Shown here: positions 26,001 to 38,595 of the stretch, one piece after another
Numbering within the stretch: the first letter of the stretch is position 1
Layout: every line of letters starts with the position of its first letter
Origin: Octopus sinensis
Lineage: Eukaryota
NCBI RefSeq assembly: GCF_006345805.1
Contig: NC_043011.1
Span: forward strand, 53,022,464 to 53,086,463
Direction of reading: 5' to 3'
Length of the DNA: 64,000 bases
Made by a program: the position numbers and the translations under genes
Notes under the pieces: generated by a model
The model's database searches: none
What the model was told of the DNA's origin: nothing
Seen by the model: the letters and a program-made list of their open reading frames with translations, nothing else

Positions 26001-28495
26001 TCTGGTCAAAACATCCAACCCATGCTAGTCTGGAAAACAGACATTAAAGGATGATGATGATGATGAACATGGTGAAGAGAGTTAGCAAAGAGTCAAGAGG
26101 ATTGTAGTCTCGTTGAGACCATGACAATCTCTCTAGTGTTGGTACCATGATAAAATGTATCTGGTACAATTATAGTGTAGTTGATCTTAGAAAGGATACC
26201 CAGCTGTAGTAACCACGTCAGAAACATGCACATGTAAAAAGTACTCCTTGACCTCTCCAGGAAGGCAGAAACTCCATCTAAGAAGTGGCTCAGACTGTGA
26301 TGACCCATCTAACACATACCAGCATGAAAATAATGGTCCAAATCATGTGTAATGTGCATAAATGACAAAGTAGCGGTAAACTAACAGAAACAAACAAGCA
26401 TTGAGGAATCGTTATGGTAGGCAAATAAAAGCATTGTTTGAACATATGATGAATATGGAGGTTAAGAAGTTGGGTAGAAAAATGTCATAACTCTTTTCAG
26501 TATTCAGATAATGCTATCAAATGTTATGTTCATTTAATTACACTGTTTTTAATTAATCCTGCTTTATCTCATATCTTTGAGATTTTGATTGCTTATTTTT
26601 AGAACGGCATTGTAGGATAGGTGTGAGAAGCTGGATCTGGCTGGTTTGAACATAAGACAGGTAGAATATCTGAGTGAGATATGACAGGCTTAACTTCTAA
26701 AAGGTTAAGGATGCAAGTGAGAGAAGCCTAGGAGATAAGAGATAATGGATTTAAAGCAGATGAACACACTGGACAATGTAGTCTTAAGATGGTTGTATGG
26801 ATGGAATGTTTTTAATCACAGGTCATCTCTATCATCCATGTTAGGGCTAAACAACAATTTTCGTATAGAGAGATCTTACTGGCAATTTCGGGTAGTTAAG
26901 TCTGTTGTAGGTATAGCAAAGGAGTGGGTGTACTGAGTAATTGTGGTGGCCACTACTAGACTCATACTAGTAATACGACAAAATTCTAGAAGCCTGTTGA
27001 GGTCTAAGGAAAGAAGACTGATGTTTTGGGCTACATGCTCTTTATCAAGAAGAAAAAAGCCTGTGTTGTGGTTGAAATCTACCCTGAACTTCTATTCCTC
27101 ACTGTAATTTCATTTATTTAAAACTACTATACTTCCTTTAGTAATGAGATAGCACAGTAGCATTTATGATTACTCCTTATACTGTAAGTGGATGGCATGT
27201 TTGTAGAGTTTTTAGAACACTGAATAGAAGACCTCTGTCCTGGTTCTCCAAGTGCTGCTGAGGGAATTCTTCTGGCATTGATAAAACCTGTCTACCTCAG
27301 CAAAACTGAGATTGTGAAAGCACAGCGTCTCCATCCCCTCTCTCTCTTTCCTTATATATGCAAGATGCTCCCTTTCACCCTTGCATCCAATTTTTCTCAT
27401 CACCTCTGCTGCTGCTGTAATTAAATATGAGCACAACTGCATAATTCACTAGCTTTACCCTGATACCACTTATCCTCCTTATGACCCAAGAACCATTTCA
27501 CCTGTTTTTCATTTCTTCATTCTTAATACAAACCTCTCCACCCACTTTCTCTCATCCTTCACATCTACTGTACCATCACCCTTCTTTTTCTGCATTGCCA
27601 GTCATTCCCTACTCTCCGCACATCTCCCAAAAGTCATATGTATCATTGGTTACCTGTAGCCACTTATCCAGCCCTCAACTCTACCCAGTCTCTCAAGTTG
27701 TTACCTACCTTTTCACACTTATCTCATAACACCTGTCCTTCATTACAATCATCCCCTACTCCTATCTCTACCCACCCACACTCCCTGTTTGGTTCCCACT
27801 CACTTCTATTCACCTCATATGTTGAGGTTCCAACCTGATATCTCATCATGCTATTTTATTTCTTTCCAACTCCACCATGGCCACTCACATGATCTATAAT
27901 CTGAGTGCATGGCCAAGTAGCTCCCTTATAGCAAGAAATCCCTGCTCCGGTCCCTTTCTCTTTTACTTTAATCCATTATCTTCAAGCATAAAGCTGCATT
28001 CCTCTCTACAATAGCCCTGCTCAGATGAAGGATATCTTAGACTTGCAAATTGTATGGTGACGCAGTGGCATCAAGAAGGGCATGTGAAGGAATGTGAATT
28101 TGTGGTTGGGGTGTTCGTTAACAATTTTATGATCGTACATATGATTCCCGACAGCACACTGAAGAAGACACTTTATTTCACATTGTTCTAGTCCACTCAG
28201 CTGGCAAAAATGAGCTATCTTTGTCACATTCTGTGACACACTATCTCCAAGAACTACATTAAAGGCATGCGTATCTGTGGAATGTTCAGTCACTTGCATG
28301 TTAATTTCATGAGCAGGCGGTTCTGTGGATCGGATCAACTGGAACCCTTGTCGTCACCCAGAGTGCCAGTTTAAAAAGAAGGGCATCCAGGTGCAAAATC
28401 CATATCAAAGCAGATATTGGAGTACAATGCAGTCCCCAGACCAGTGGATCCTGTCAAACCCTCCAACCAATGCCAGCATGGGACATGGATATTAA

Positions 28496-28707
28496 CCCTT
28501 TTGTTACTGTATTTATTTTGAGATGCTCTGTATTTCTTTCAACTATTTTAAATATAACAAAAAATTTAGTAAAATAACTTAGATATCACTAAGACAGTGT
28601 TAGGAACATAAATTGTGACTAAGGTTTGGAAGATTTTAATTCAAAACTTATGAAAACAACACATCTGTACTATAGAGCCGGTTTCAACCGGACTGGTAAT
28701 GAAAGGG
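28496..28707. mobile_element. piggyBac-type MITE (same family as 4450-4671)
   Basis: TTAA-CCCTTTTGTTAC...GAAAGGG-TTAC; high similarity to 4450-4671. Confidence 0.7.
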
Positions 28708-29641
28708 TTACATGATGAAACAAAGCAATAGTTGCATACTGGGGCTGATTCTTCCCTTGCACCCGGGAAGAAATTAGCTAGAAAGGGACAGTCTCTTTCA
28801 GGTTTAAATCATGCAAGACAAGCTTTATATCATGGCAGGAGTTAAACTCCACCCTATACTTAGCAGAATTGAAAATCAAGCAAAATAGGTCAGTACTATA
28901 AAGCATTTACAGTTAACTTTCAGCAATCTTATGACAATAATCATTGTTCATGATGATGGTATTCTACTATAGCTCTAAGTTGAACAAGGCCTTTGTGGGT
29001 GGATATGGTAGACCTGAAAGAAACCTATCGTGTGTGTGTTTCCTTGTTTTGACATCATGTGATAGTTGTAAATGAGCATCCAGTCACACAAGCGGTGTCG
29101 TTTGTTTCTAACTTTCTGTGAAAACGTTCTGCCAGGTGGTAATAATATTTTACTTAGAGACAGGTGAAGGTTGGCACCAGGATGGAGATCCGGCCATATG
29201 AAAAAAATCTGCCTTTACGAATGTAAGCAAGAAAAAGTGGACAGTAAAATGGTGATGATGCTGCTGTACAAGAAATGAAAAGTGCCAGACTTTCGTGGTG
29301 TGAATGACCTTACCATGGTTAATGTTTGCTTTAACATCCGGCCACAAAAAAAAAAAAAAAAAAAAATTGCGCCAACGAACAGGGGGGAGGGAAAGGACTT
29401 CAGGAAAATTCACTAAGTCCGATTTAAAAAACCTTTTTCTATTACTCAAACGAAAAACAAATGAATCTAAAAAATTTAATCGTAATTAATGACGTTTGAA
29501 AAGGATTTATACAAAATTTCATTGAAAGATATCCATTTTCCTGAAAGTTATGAGGGAACAAATCGGATCTTGTGAATTTTCCGAAAGCCCTCTCCCCACC
29601 TCCATTTCGTTGGCACAAATTCGGTACTACTCGAGAACAAT

Positions 29642-29781
29642 GGTCCCGGTGCGCGCACTCGCGCTAGCTAGTCGTGACTAGTCTATCTTTACTTTGTTTT
29701 ATTTACTTTGCTAGGTAGTCGTTGTAGGATCGACTAGTCACGATTAGCTAGCACGGATGCGCGACTACGCGCACCGGGACC
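29642..29781. repeat. Small hairpin / MITE-like inverted repeat
   Basis: GGTCCCGGTGCGCG / CGCGCACCGGGACC ends, plus an inner 21-bp inverted repeat (GCTAGCTAGTCGTGACTAGTC / GACTAGTCACGATTAGCTAGC). Confidence 0.65.
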
Positions 29782-30967
29782 CCCATTTCTTATACAAATT
29801 TTTAAAAGTCAGACAGCCAACTGGTAATTACCAGCCACGTAGTAGTGTTAGATTCACAGTCCTAAGTACAAATGGTTCTCCGTTGGTTTTGGCGAGGAGT
29901 AATTCAGTTGTTCAATCAAGTGAATTATCTCCTCATTGTATTTTAACATAGTCTTCCGGCAAAATGAGTGACATAGTCGTACCTTTAAATTACAGGTACG
30001 ATCCATTCGACAGCCTCCCAGCTGCTGTCTACCTTATTTTACTCGGGAGGCTTAAATTAACTCGAGGTTATGGGTCCATGTGTCAAACAAGGGTAACGGA
30101 CCCGAGACCCAAGCGAACTTTACGACTACTTCGGCCATGCTAAGTTAGATATTCATACAGCAATTTACTTTACACATTCCATCTGCTTTTTCTGTTTAAT
30201 CCTTGTTTATTAATTCTACGGATTGTCGTTTTAATATTATTCAAGGTAACCTCTACAAAAGAGGGGTGGGTGTTTAGCGATAGGATAATTTCATCAGATG
30301 AGGTTTCCTAGCTCAGGGTTAAATTGGGACTAAGCAACATACATTTAGAGAACCAAACGTTTAAGTATTTAATCGAATGACAGAAAAAAAAAACTACTAA
30401 TACATCTAGAAATGGACAACAATATCACGACTTCGTTAAAATACCGATCGCTAATGAACTTAATAAACAAAATATCAGTAAGGGGAGGGAGACAGATTAG
30501 TGAATGTTCCATTTCACCCCACGTGGCAACAGCCGCGTTACACGTTTAAACACGTGCGTAATTAGTGATGAGTTTTATTCTACATATTTCTTCGCTTAAA
30601 CCGTATTCCTGGATATAATTAATATTACAGACGTATAATAGAAACACTTTACTTTTTTTTTTGCTTACTTAGTTTGGTTGTTTTAGTGTGAAATTTTATC
30701 ATTTGCAACAAGTAAACGTGTTTCCCCCCTTTGAAGTCATGTTTAAGTGAAATAGAGCGCGGAATAAATTACGTATTACGACACATACATTTTAATGTTT
30801 TGATTTTGTGTTTAAACTATTACTAAACAATAATTATAACAACAAATGATATTATAATCGTCTCAAATACTGGCTTCGTTACAATAGAACATGATTGACC
30901 ACATGTCGGCTACTTAGTGACTACCTCAGACGGAAATAAACAAGAAATTAATACATGTATCACTTAC

Positions 30968-31066
30968 GATATTAAAGCGCTTTCTGAATAAATCTGCAGT
31001 CTCTTTGTTCTTTTCCTTCAGAAATTCATAAACTAGAACATTAAGATCGACCTCTGGTTTAGCCAT
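30968..31066 (-). CDS. NOLC1: Nopp140/NOLC1 coding exon 1 (LisH-type N-terminus)
   Basis: ATG at 31066 reads MAKPEVDLNVLVYEFLKEKNKETADLFRKRFNI, then a GTAAGT donor (phase 0). It resembles the vertebrate Nopp140 N-terminus (DLYPLVLGFLRD...A.KF). Confidence 0.9.
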
Positions 31067-31099
31067 TTCTGCTCTTTTTTTCTGCCTAAGCAGAAGCCT

Positions 31100-31720
31100 T
31101 AAACAAGTTATTAAATGAAAAGTTTCATGTAACGGAAATTAGTTATAGTTACCTCCCTTCTTAATAATGCATTCTCCAGTGAATTTAAACGTATTTTTTT
31201 CCTTCACAACCAACACAAGCGGAAGTTGGAGTTGTTTAAGAAGTTAATTAAATCCTACATTCTGATTGGTCGATATTTAAATGTTTTCTTTTAGGCGGCC
31301 TCTTTTAACTTCGCCTTTCCTCAGTCTGGTTCCTATATCGCAAAAAAGTACACGTGTAGTACCAGGCTGGATATATCGACTGTACGGACCCAATGTCGGA
31401 CTCCGTGAGGCTCCCAAGTTATATAAAGCTTGGAGGGGCCACCAGAGCGTCTCACAAAAATCAAAACTGTGTACGTCTCCGCAGATTGTGAAGCCTTTTA
31501 AGTTGTACAGAGGTACCTAGTATGGGACTTTTCCAGCAAATCTCCCTCGCTATCCTCCGGTGCAACGCTTTTTCCATTCTCTCTGCTGGCGCCATGAGAA
31601 ATATTTATATATTGCGAGATTCTCCGTTAATCATTTACTTACAACATTAAACCCTAAATCTTAAAAAGAATCTGTAGCCATCCACTATTTACTTGTAGTA
31701 TGGGACTTTACCGCTAAGGA
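31100..31720 (-). promoter_or_regulatory. Probable NOLC1 promoter region
   Basis: Unique, CpG-richer sequence just upstream of the ATG. It contains an ETS-like GCGGAAGT (31219-31226), CCAATCAG on the minus strand (about 31262-31269) and an E-box CACGTG (31351-31356). The TSS cannot be determined. Confidence 0.55.
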
Positions 31721-32314
31721 CTAATTTCCTCCATCCGCACGACCTTAATCGGTAGTTGAATGAAATAAGGCACTGAAATACCATAATCTGTCGGTGAATT
31801 ACATTTTTCAGCCTATGGTTTTTGAGACATTGGAAGTACAAGACCGCCGACACTCAAGTTTTTAACTTCATTAGTGTCCAGTCTCACTGGAGTATCCAGC
31901 GCTTCTCCGTTTCGCAATCACCTGCGGTTATTCCGCGAATGTTTTGTATCTCCTGATGCGATTTTAATTAGAAGAGTGTGCAAATCTTTTGATCATTTAC
32001 TTAATATTTCATTATGTAATTTTAGCAATTTTCCACCTGTAATTTACACATTCTGAAAAATTCATGAAAAAAAAAAAAAATTTCCCCAGAAATTATGCGG
32101 AGACAAAGCCGACTCGCGTGAATTTTCCGAAACTCTTCATCCCATCCTAGGGAATCTACTCTATCTGAAGTGTATTTGTAGAAAATTTCATTAAAAAATA
32201 TCCATTTTTCTGGAAGTTATGAGGCAACAAAGTCGGTTGGGGCACGCATGTGGATGTATGCCGTAATCTTTTTTTTGGTACCATTTTGCTTCTAATATAA
32301 ATGAACAAAGCAAA

Positions 32315-33378
32315 CCATACTTTTGGTCCATATAAAGATCCTCACCCGGGAACAAAAAAAGAAATTAACCAGCCTGGGAGTTGTTAATAAGTGTGTGAAA
32401 AACGAAAAAAAAAAGCGCGGTGACGTCCCCGGTAGGGGGGGACTTTCGGAAAATTCACAAGATCCGATTTATCCGTCATAAATTGGGGTAAAATGGATAT
32501 ATATTGATTTTTTTTTTACGGAATCCCACGTTTTTGGTTATGGAGGATCCAATTCTGAAAGAAATTTTTCAAAATTTCATTGTATTATCGCAGTTTTGTG
32601 AGATTTGGCTGTTATTTCTAGCATGTGGATAGCCTGCTTACAGGCCAGAGGGTATACTCTCACTCTTTTACTTGTTTCAGTCATTTGACTGTGGCCATGC
32701 TGGAGCACCGCCTTTAGTCGAGCAAGTCGACCCCCAGGACTTATTCTTTCTAAGCCTAGTACTTATTCTATCGGTCTATTTTGCCGAACCGCTAAGTTAT
32801 GGGGACGTAAACACACCAGCATCAGTTGTCAAGGGATATTGTGGAGACACAGACACACAAGCATATATATACACACACACACATATATATATGACGGGCT
32901 TCTTTCGTCTACCAAATCCACCCACAAGGCCTTGGTTGGCCTGAGGCTATAGTAGAAGACACTTGCCCAAGGTGCCACGCAGTGGGACTGAACCCGGAAC
33001 CATGTGGTTGGTAAACAAGCTACTTACTACACAGTCCCCCCCAAAAAAAAATTTCCGCATAAAGTGAAAAATGAAGGCGGGGGGGTGGGGATGAAATTTT
33101 TGAAATGCGATTTTTGAAAAGATTTTTTTTCAGAATCGGATCCTCCATAAGCAAAAACGTGGAACTCCGTAAAAAAAAAAATATATATATATCGATTTTC
33201 CCAAAAGTTATAACGGAAAAATCGGATCTTGTGAATTTTCCGAAAGTCCCCTCCCCACCCCACCAGGGTCGTCAGCGTGCATTTTTTTTTATATTCATTT
33301 TCCACACACTTGTTAACACCCCATCAGGCTGGTTTCTTTTTTTTGTTCCTGGATGAAGGTCTTTATATTGACCATATT
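32315..33378. mobile_element. Long-TIR foldback element with a family A SINE inserted between the arms
   Basis: About 270-bp diverged inverted arms (32315-32585 / 33100-33378) share GGACTTTCGGAAAATTCACAAGATCCGATTT. The same family appears at about 29335-29600 and 32060-32230. Confidence 0.6.
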
Positions 33379-34872
33379 TTTAAGGTCGACTTTGCCTTTC
33401 ATCCTTTTGGGGTCGATTAAATAAATACCAGTTAATCACTGGGGTCAATGTAATCGACTTAATCTCCTTGTTTGTCCCCTCTATGTTTAGCTCCGTGTGG
33501 GCAATAAAGAAATAAATAATATTTTTTTACTTGTTTGTCATTGGAGGGCGGCTATGCTGGGGCACTGCTTAGAAGGGTTTTTAGTCGAATAAATTGACCC
33601 CAGTACATTTTGGGGCGGACGTCGGAGATAGGAAGCACCAACTTAGAATTTCTCCGTTTTAATGGGGATTTTTCAGAATTCTTTTTTCACGGTGCCCTTG
33701 GAAATGATCTGGAGCATCTTTTTATCTAAAAAAAACTTTTCGAAATGTTTTCTTTTTTACCCCACCTCTCCCCACAATTTCCCCTCTCCGGACCGATTTT
33801 GGTCGATTTTGTGGACACTACGCACTTAAAAAGAAGGTAATATTTTCAGACGAAAAGGTGCGTGATTAAAAGGAGATTTGGCTGTTATTTCTAGCATATC
33901 CCATGACCACCTTCATTGTTTCTTTCTCTGATAAGTATTGATGCTTTTCAATATTTTCTCTCCATTAATAGCATAAACTCATGCTATTAAAAAACAACTT
34001 TTTTGAAAATTTATGATCATGGAATATGCTAGAAACAACAGCCAAACCTCCCTTAAATCACACACCTTTTTATCTGAAAATATTACTCAAAAAGTCATGC
34101 AAAATACCCACAAAATCGATCTGGAAAAGGGAAGCGTGGCAGAAGTGGGGGTAATTTATAGTGGCACTATTTATTTAATCAGTATTTCCCTATTTTTTCT
34201 TCCTCCCTGTCTCTGGTTCTTTCATAGATTAAATTGTTGCATTATAGATTTCAAACATTCTAGATGTTTCTTTCTATATGATGACAATGAACAGTTTGCA
34301 TTCTGCGATGTGCTTTATCTATCTATCTATCTATCTATCTATCTGTCTGTCCATCTATCTATCTATCTATCAACCTATCTGTCTGGCTGTTCGTATATGG
34401 TTGTGTGGTAAGAAGCTTGCTTGTCAACCACATGGTTCCGGGTTCAGTCCCACAGCGTGGCACGTTGGGCAAGTGCGTTCTACTGTAGCCTTGGACCAAC
34501 CAAAACCTTGTGAGTGGATTTGGTAGACAGAAACTGAAAGAAGCCTATCGCATAATGGTAGAATGTTGATGAGCTAAATCAGTACTGTGTGTGCTATGAA
34601 TAAATGAATATCATCATCATCATCGTTTAACGTCCGTTTTCTCTGCTAGCACGGGTTGGACGGTTTGACCGGGGTCTGGGAAGCCAGGAGGCCGCACCAG
34701 GCTCCAGTATGATCTGGCAGTTTCTACAGCTGGATGCCCTTCCTAATGCCAACCACTCTGTGAGTGTAAATTATATAAACATTTATATAAATCCTTAAAT
34801 CCTTAAAAATGTTTTAGCCCGAAGGCGGCGGCCATGCTGGGGCACCACCGCTGACAAAAAAGTAGGCTTTCC

Positions 34873-34944
34873 CGTACGCCTGGGACTCGAACACACACCT
34901 CTTTGGTTATGCGACTAAGTGTGCTACCGCTTACACCAGCGAAC
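34873..34944 (-). pseudogene. Degenerate tRNA-like sequence (possible CAT anticodon), probably the head of a short SINE
   Basis: 72 nt; acceptor stem 6/7 pairs; GTTCGAGTC B box; anticodon and T stems are broken. It is followed by TTTTT and a family-A-like 3' segment. Confidence 0.45.
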
Positions 34945-37022
34945 TAACCTGGTATATACATATAAAATTTTATTATCTCGCAGTTCCATTTCTAAAAAAA
35001 AAAAAAAGAATCAGAATTGGAAACGACTAGTCCGATTCCTGGCACTTCTTCGGAATTCACCCTCGCTATAACTTTTGAACCAGTAATTTTTTTTCAGATC
35101 TATGTTTTCAATATTGGAGATTACGATTTAGAAAAAAAAATTAAATCTAAATTACCTCCCCACCCTCCCAATTTATTTGCTTTCTTTACAGTTGATAAGA
35201 TCTGCTGTCACTCACAAAATGGCAGCTTTCAAATCCTTATACACACGCACACACACACTTTTAATATTTTGCTTGTTTCAATCATTGGACTGCGGCCATG
35301 ATTGGGCATCTATTGGGTGTAATCAAACAAATCGACCCCAGCACTTATCTTATTTTTGAAGTTTGGCACTTATTCTTTCAATCTCTCCTGCCAAACTACT
35401 AAGTTATGAAGATGTAAACAATCCAACACTGATTGAGAAACACATAGATATGTATACGATGGGCTTCCACACAGTTTCCGTCTACCAAATTCACTCACAA
35501 GGCACTGGCCAGTCAGGGGTTATAGTAGAAGGCATTTACACATTTGCATGTGTTGCATATACTCTTTTACTTGTTTCAGTCATTTGATTGTGGCCATGCT
35601 GGAGCCTCACCTTTAGTCGAGCAGATCAACCCCAGGGCTTATTCTTTGTAAGCCTAGTACTTGTTCTATCGGTCTCTTTTGCCGAACCACTAAGTTACGG
35701 GGACGTAAACACACCAGCATTGGTTGTCAAGCGATGTTGGGGGGACAAACACAGACACACAAACATATACACACATACGTATATATGACGGGCTTCTTTC
35801 AGTTTCCGTCTACCAAATCCACTCACAAGGCTTTGGTCAGCTTAAGGCTACAGTAGAAGACACTTGCCCAAAGTGCCACACAGTGGGACTGAACCTGGAA
35901 CCATATGGTTCGTAAGTAAGCTACTTACCACACAGCCACTCCTACGCCTATACACATATGTGTATATTCAACATACATCAACAATGGACACATCATTAGC
36001 AGTGTATCCTGGGGTCACTGGATGTTTTAGGCCTTACAACATTCAACCTCATCCAAGGAAACTATGCATGTGTCCTCACTCTTTTCAACTAGCGCCTTTT
36101 AGATGCTTTCTCAGCAGCCTCTATACTGTTCTTGGTGGCTTTTTTGCATGATTCTGAAATGCTTAAAATTTCATAAACTTTATTCAGAGTACAACCTGCA
36201 AACTCTCAACTGCCAACTTCCAGTGGCAAACACCTTGTTCACCATCCATTCTTAAACACCAACTCTTCTTACTCGGTTCTCTTCTTGTCTTGAGTCTCTT
36301 TTCTCCCCCCCCCCCGAACACATTTACCTTCCAGTAGGACTAACTGCTTTGTTATTTGGGAAAACAAAATGGTATTTAGTCTCAGCAAGATTTAGGTGAT
36401 GTGTGCTGGAAACTTTAGTTGTTTCATCAAATTGCCATGACATCCATCACCCTGTCCAGGACCGAGAAAAGTAATCCCACATAGCTGTTCTTGGGCCTTC
36501 AGTGACAGATAGGATATGATATTCCCCTAACTTGAAGCAGAACTAGTTGGTGACTTTTACTTTCTTCCAAACCATTCACAGTGGCTGCGCAGGTTTAAAA
36601 CTCATCCATGCCCATACCACAAATTACTCTATTTCTCAGAGGATCCACTTAGTGCTTTACATGGTTGTTGTCACCATGGGGTCATTCATAAAGACTCTGA
36701 TGGGCGGTTGCCTTACTCATCTTGCTGAGGGGACCCCTGTTATACTTTTCTGCTAACTTGCTCTGACATGTTCTTTGCTAAACACAAAGAGAAACACCAA
36801 GATGGTACACCTAGTAATTATCCTCACTTCTTACTGGTGCTAGTCAAATGTCAACTGGCCAGAATAAACCCTCAATCTGAACTTGCTGTAGTTGTCTATG
36901 ACGAGACTTTTAACTGCCTGGGGTACTTGATGTCTATCTTATGTGACTTCAACTTACTTGTGTAGTATTGAACCATAGGTCCAGTCAAACACTACTAGGT
37001 TTGCTCTTTCTGGTTTGTGCCA

Positions 37023-37464
37023 GATTGATCTTTTTTATTTGAAAATATATTTAAAATATAAGTATTGTACCTGGTTTATTTTATTTCTAAGAAAAATCTC
37101 GAGACCCCCTAAACAGTGGCCCAGTGTGAGCTTACAATCCTCCCTCATAGGTATGGCCATAGAGTCACCTCTGAGCTTTGGAACCACTGGGTCCAGACAA
37201 GGCGTTCACCGAGAGTGTAGAGAGGGTTAAATACATCAATTGTTGCTTTGACCATTGTTGGTGTAAGTGGTTTAAAGGGGAACGTCTTGTCTGGACCCAG
37301 TGGTTCCAAAGCTCAGCGGTAACTCTATGGCCATACCTACGAGGGAGGATTGTAACCTCACACTGGGCCACTGTTTAGAGGGTCTCGAGATTTTTCATAG
37401 AAATATAATAAACCAGGTACAATACTTATATTTTAAATATATTTTCAAATAAAAAAGAACAATC
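37023..37464. repeat. Near-perfect palindrome (about 188-bp arms, about 67-bp spacer)
   Basis: 37023-37210 is the reverse complement of 37278-37464 with few mismatches. Confidence 0.85.
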
Positions 37465-37599
37465 TTTGGATTAAAATATGAGTATGACATTGTGTTGCCA
37501 GGGAACAGAAACATAACAGGATATATCAAGATCAAAAAAATGCAGAGTCCCTGAACTCTTATATCCAATAACTTCAAAAGGGCCACTAGCTGAGGCAAT

Positions 37600-38025
37600 T
37601 ATGAAAGGCTATCAAGACCAAACACCCAGGAAAACTGTCAAAAGGTGTTTTGTTTCATCAGGACATTGCTCTAGCACACAAGTCCTTGGTTTCAATGGTT
37701 GCTGTGCATGACTGCGGCTTTGAACTGGTTGATCATCATCCTTATTCTCCTGATTTGGCCCCATTTAACTATCAACTGTTCTGCAACGTGAAAAAATCAC
37801 TTGGCTAGGAACCAGTGTCACAGCAATGATGACGTCATATCTGCTGTTGATAACTTTTTTAACCGATAGGATGAAAACTTCTTCAGCGATGGGATCCAAG
37901 GACATCACTGATGGAAAAAGCAAGGGGACCGCAACAAGAACCATGTTGAAAAATAAACCTCATTTGAGTACATTCCATGAGAGTATCTTGGTCAGCCTAT
38001 GCACTTTTCACCCAACCCTTGTATT
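37600..38025 (+). mobile_element. Mariner transposase C-terminal fragment
   Basis: KGVLFHQDIALAHKS...GFELVDHHPYSPDLAPFNYQLF (YSPDL motif). Confidence 0.8.
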
Positions 38026-38174
38026 TATCTCAGTCACATTATGAAAGACTAATCTCTGCAGTATTTGAACTCAGAACTTAAAGGTTTATAATTAAGTACC
38101 ACAACTCCTTTAGTGTGGCATATTTATAATTTTTGCTAAGCCATTGCTCTTCTAATCATAAATATTAAATATCT

Positions 38175-38595
38175 AGGCGTAGGAGTGGCTGTGTAGTAAG
38201 TAGCTTGCTTACCAACCACATGGTTCCAGGTTCAGTCCCACTGCATGGCACCTTGAGCAAGTGTCTTCTACTATAACCTCAGGCCGATCAAAGCCTTTCG
38301 AGTGGATTTGGTAGACAGAAACTGAAAGAATCCCATTGTATATATGTGTATATATATGTATATATATATGTATGTGTGTGTGTATATGTTTGTGTGTCTG
38401 TGTTTGTACCCCCACCCAACATCGCTTGACAACCGATGCTGGTGTGTTTACATCCCCGTGACTTAGCGGTTCAGCAAAAGAAACCGATAGAACAAGTACT
38501 AGGCTTACAAAGAATAAGTCCTGGGGTCGATTTGCTCGACTAAAAGGCGGTGCTCCAGCATGGCCACAGTCAAATGAATGAAACAAGTAAAAGAG
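38175..38595 (+). mobile_element. Full-length family A SINE
   Basis: Complete head-to-tail match to the family; an oppositely oriented copy follows at 38630-39035. Confidence 0.8.

Noticed and set aside
26700-27900. Possible decayed LINE coding remnants (also about 21700-22220 and 36000-37000)
   Set aside because: Composition is suggestive, but I could not read diagnostic RT or endonuclease motifs; a translated search is needed.
31460-31596. Short minus-strand ATGGCG ORF (MAPAERMEKALHRR...) upstream of NOLC1
   Set aside because: About 45 codons with no homology recognised; NOLC1 exon 1 already has its own ATG in the expected position.
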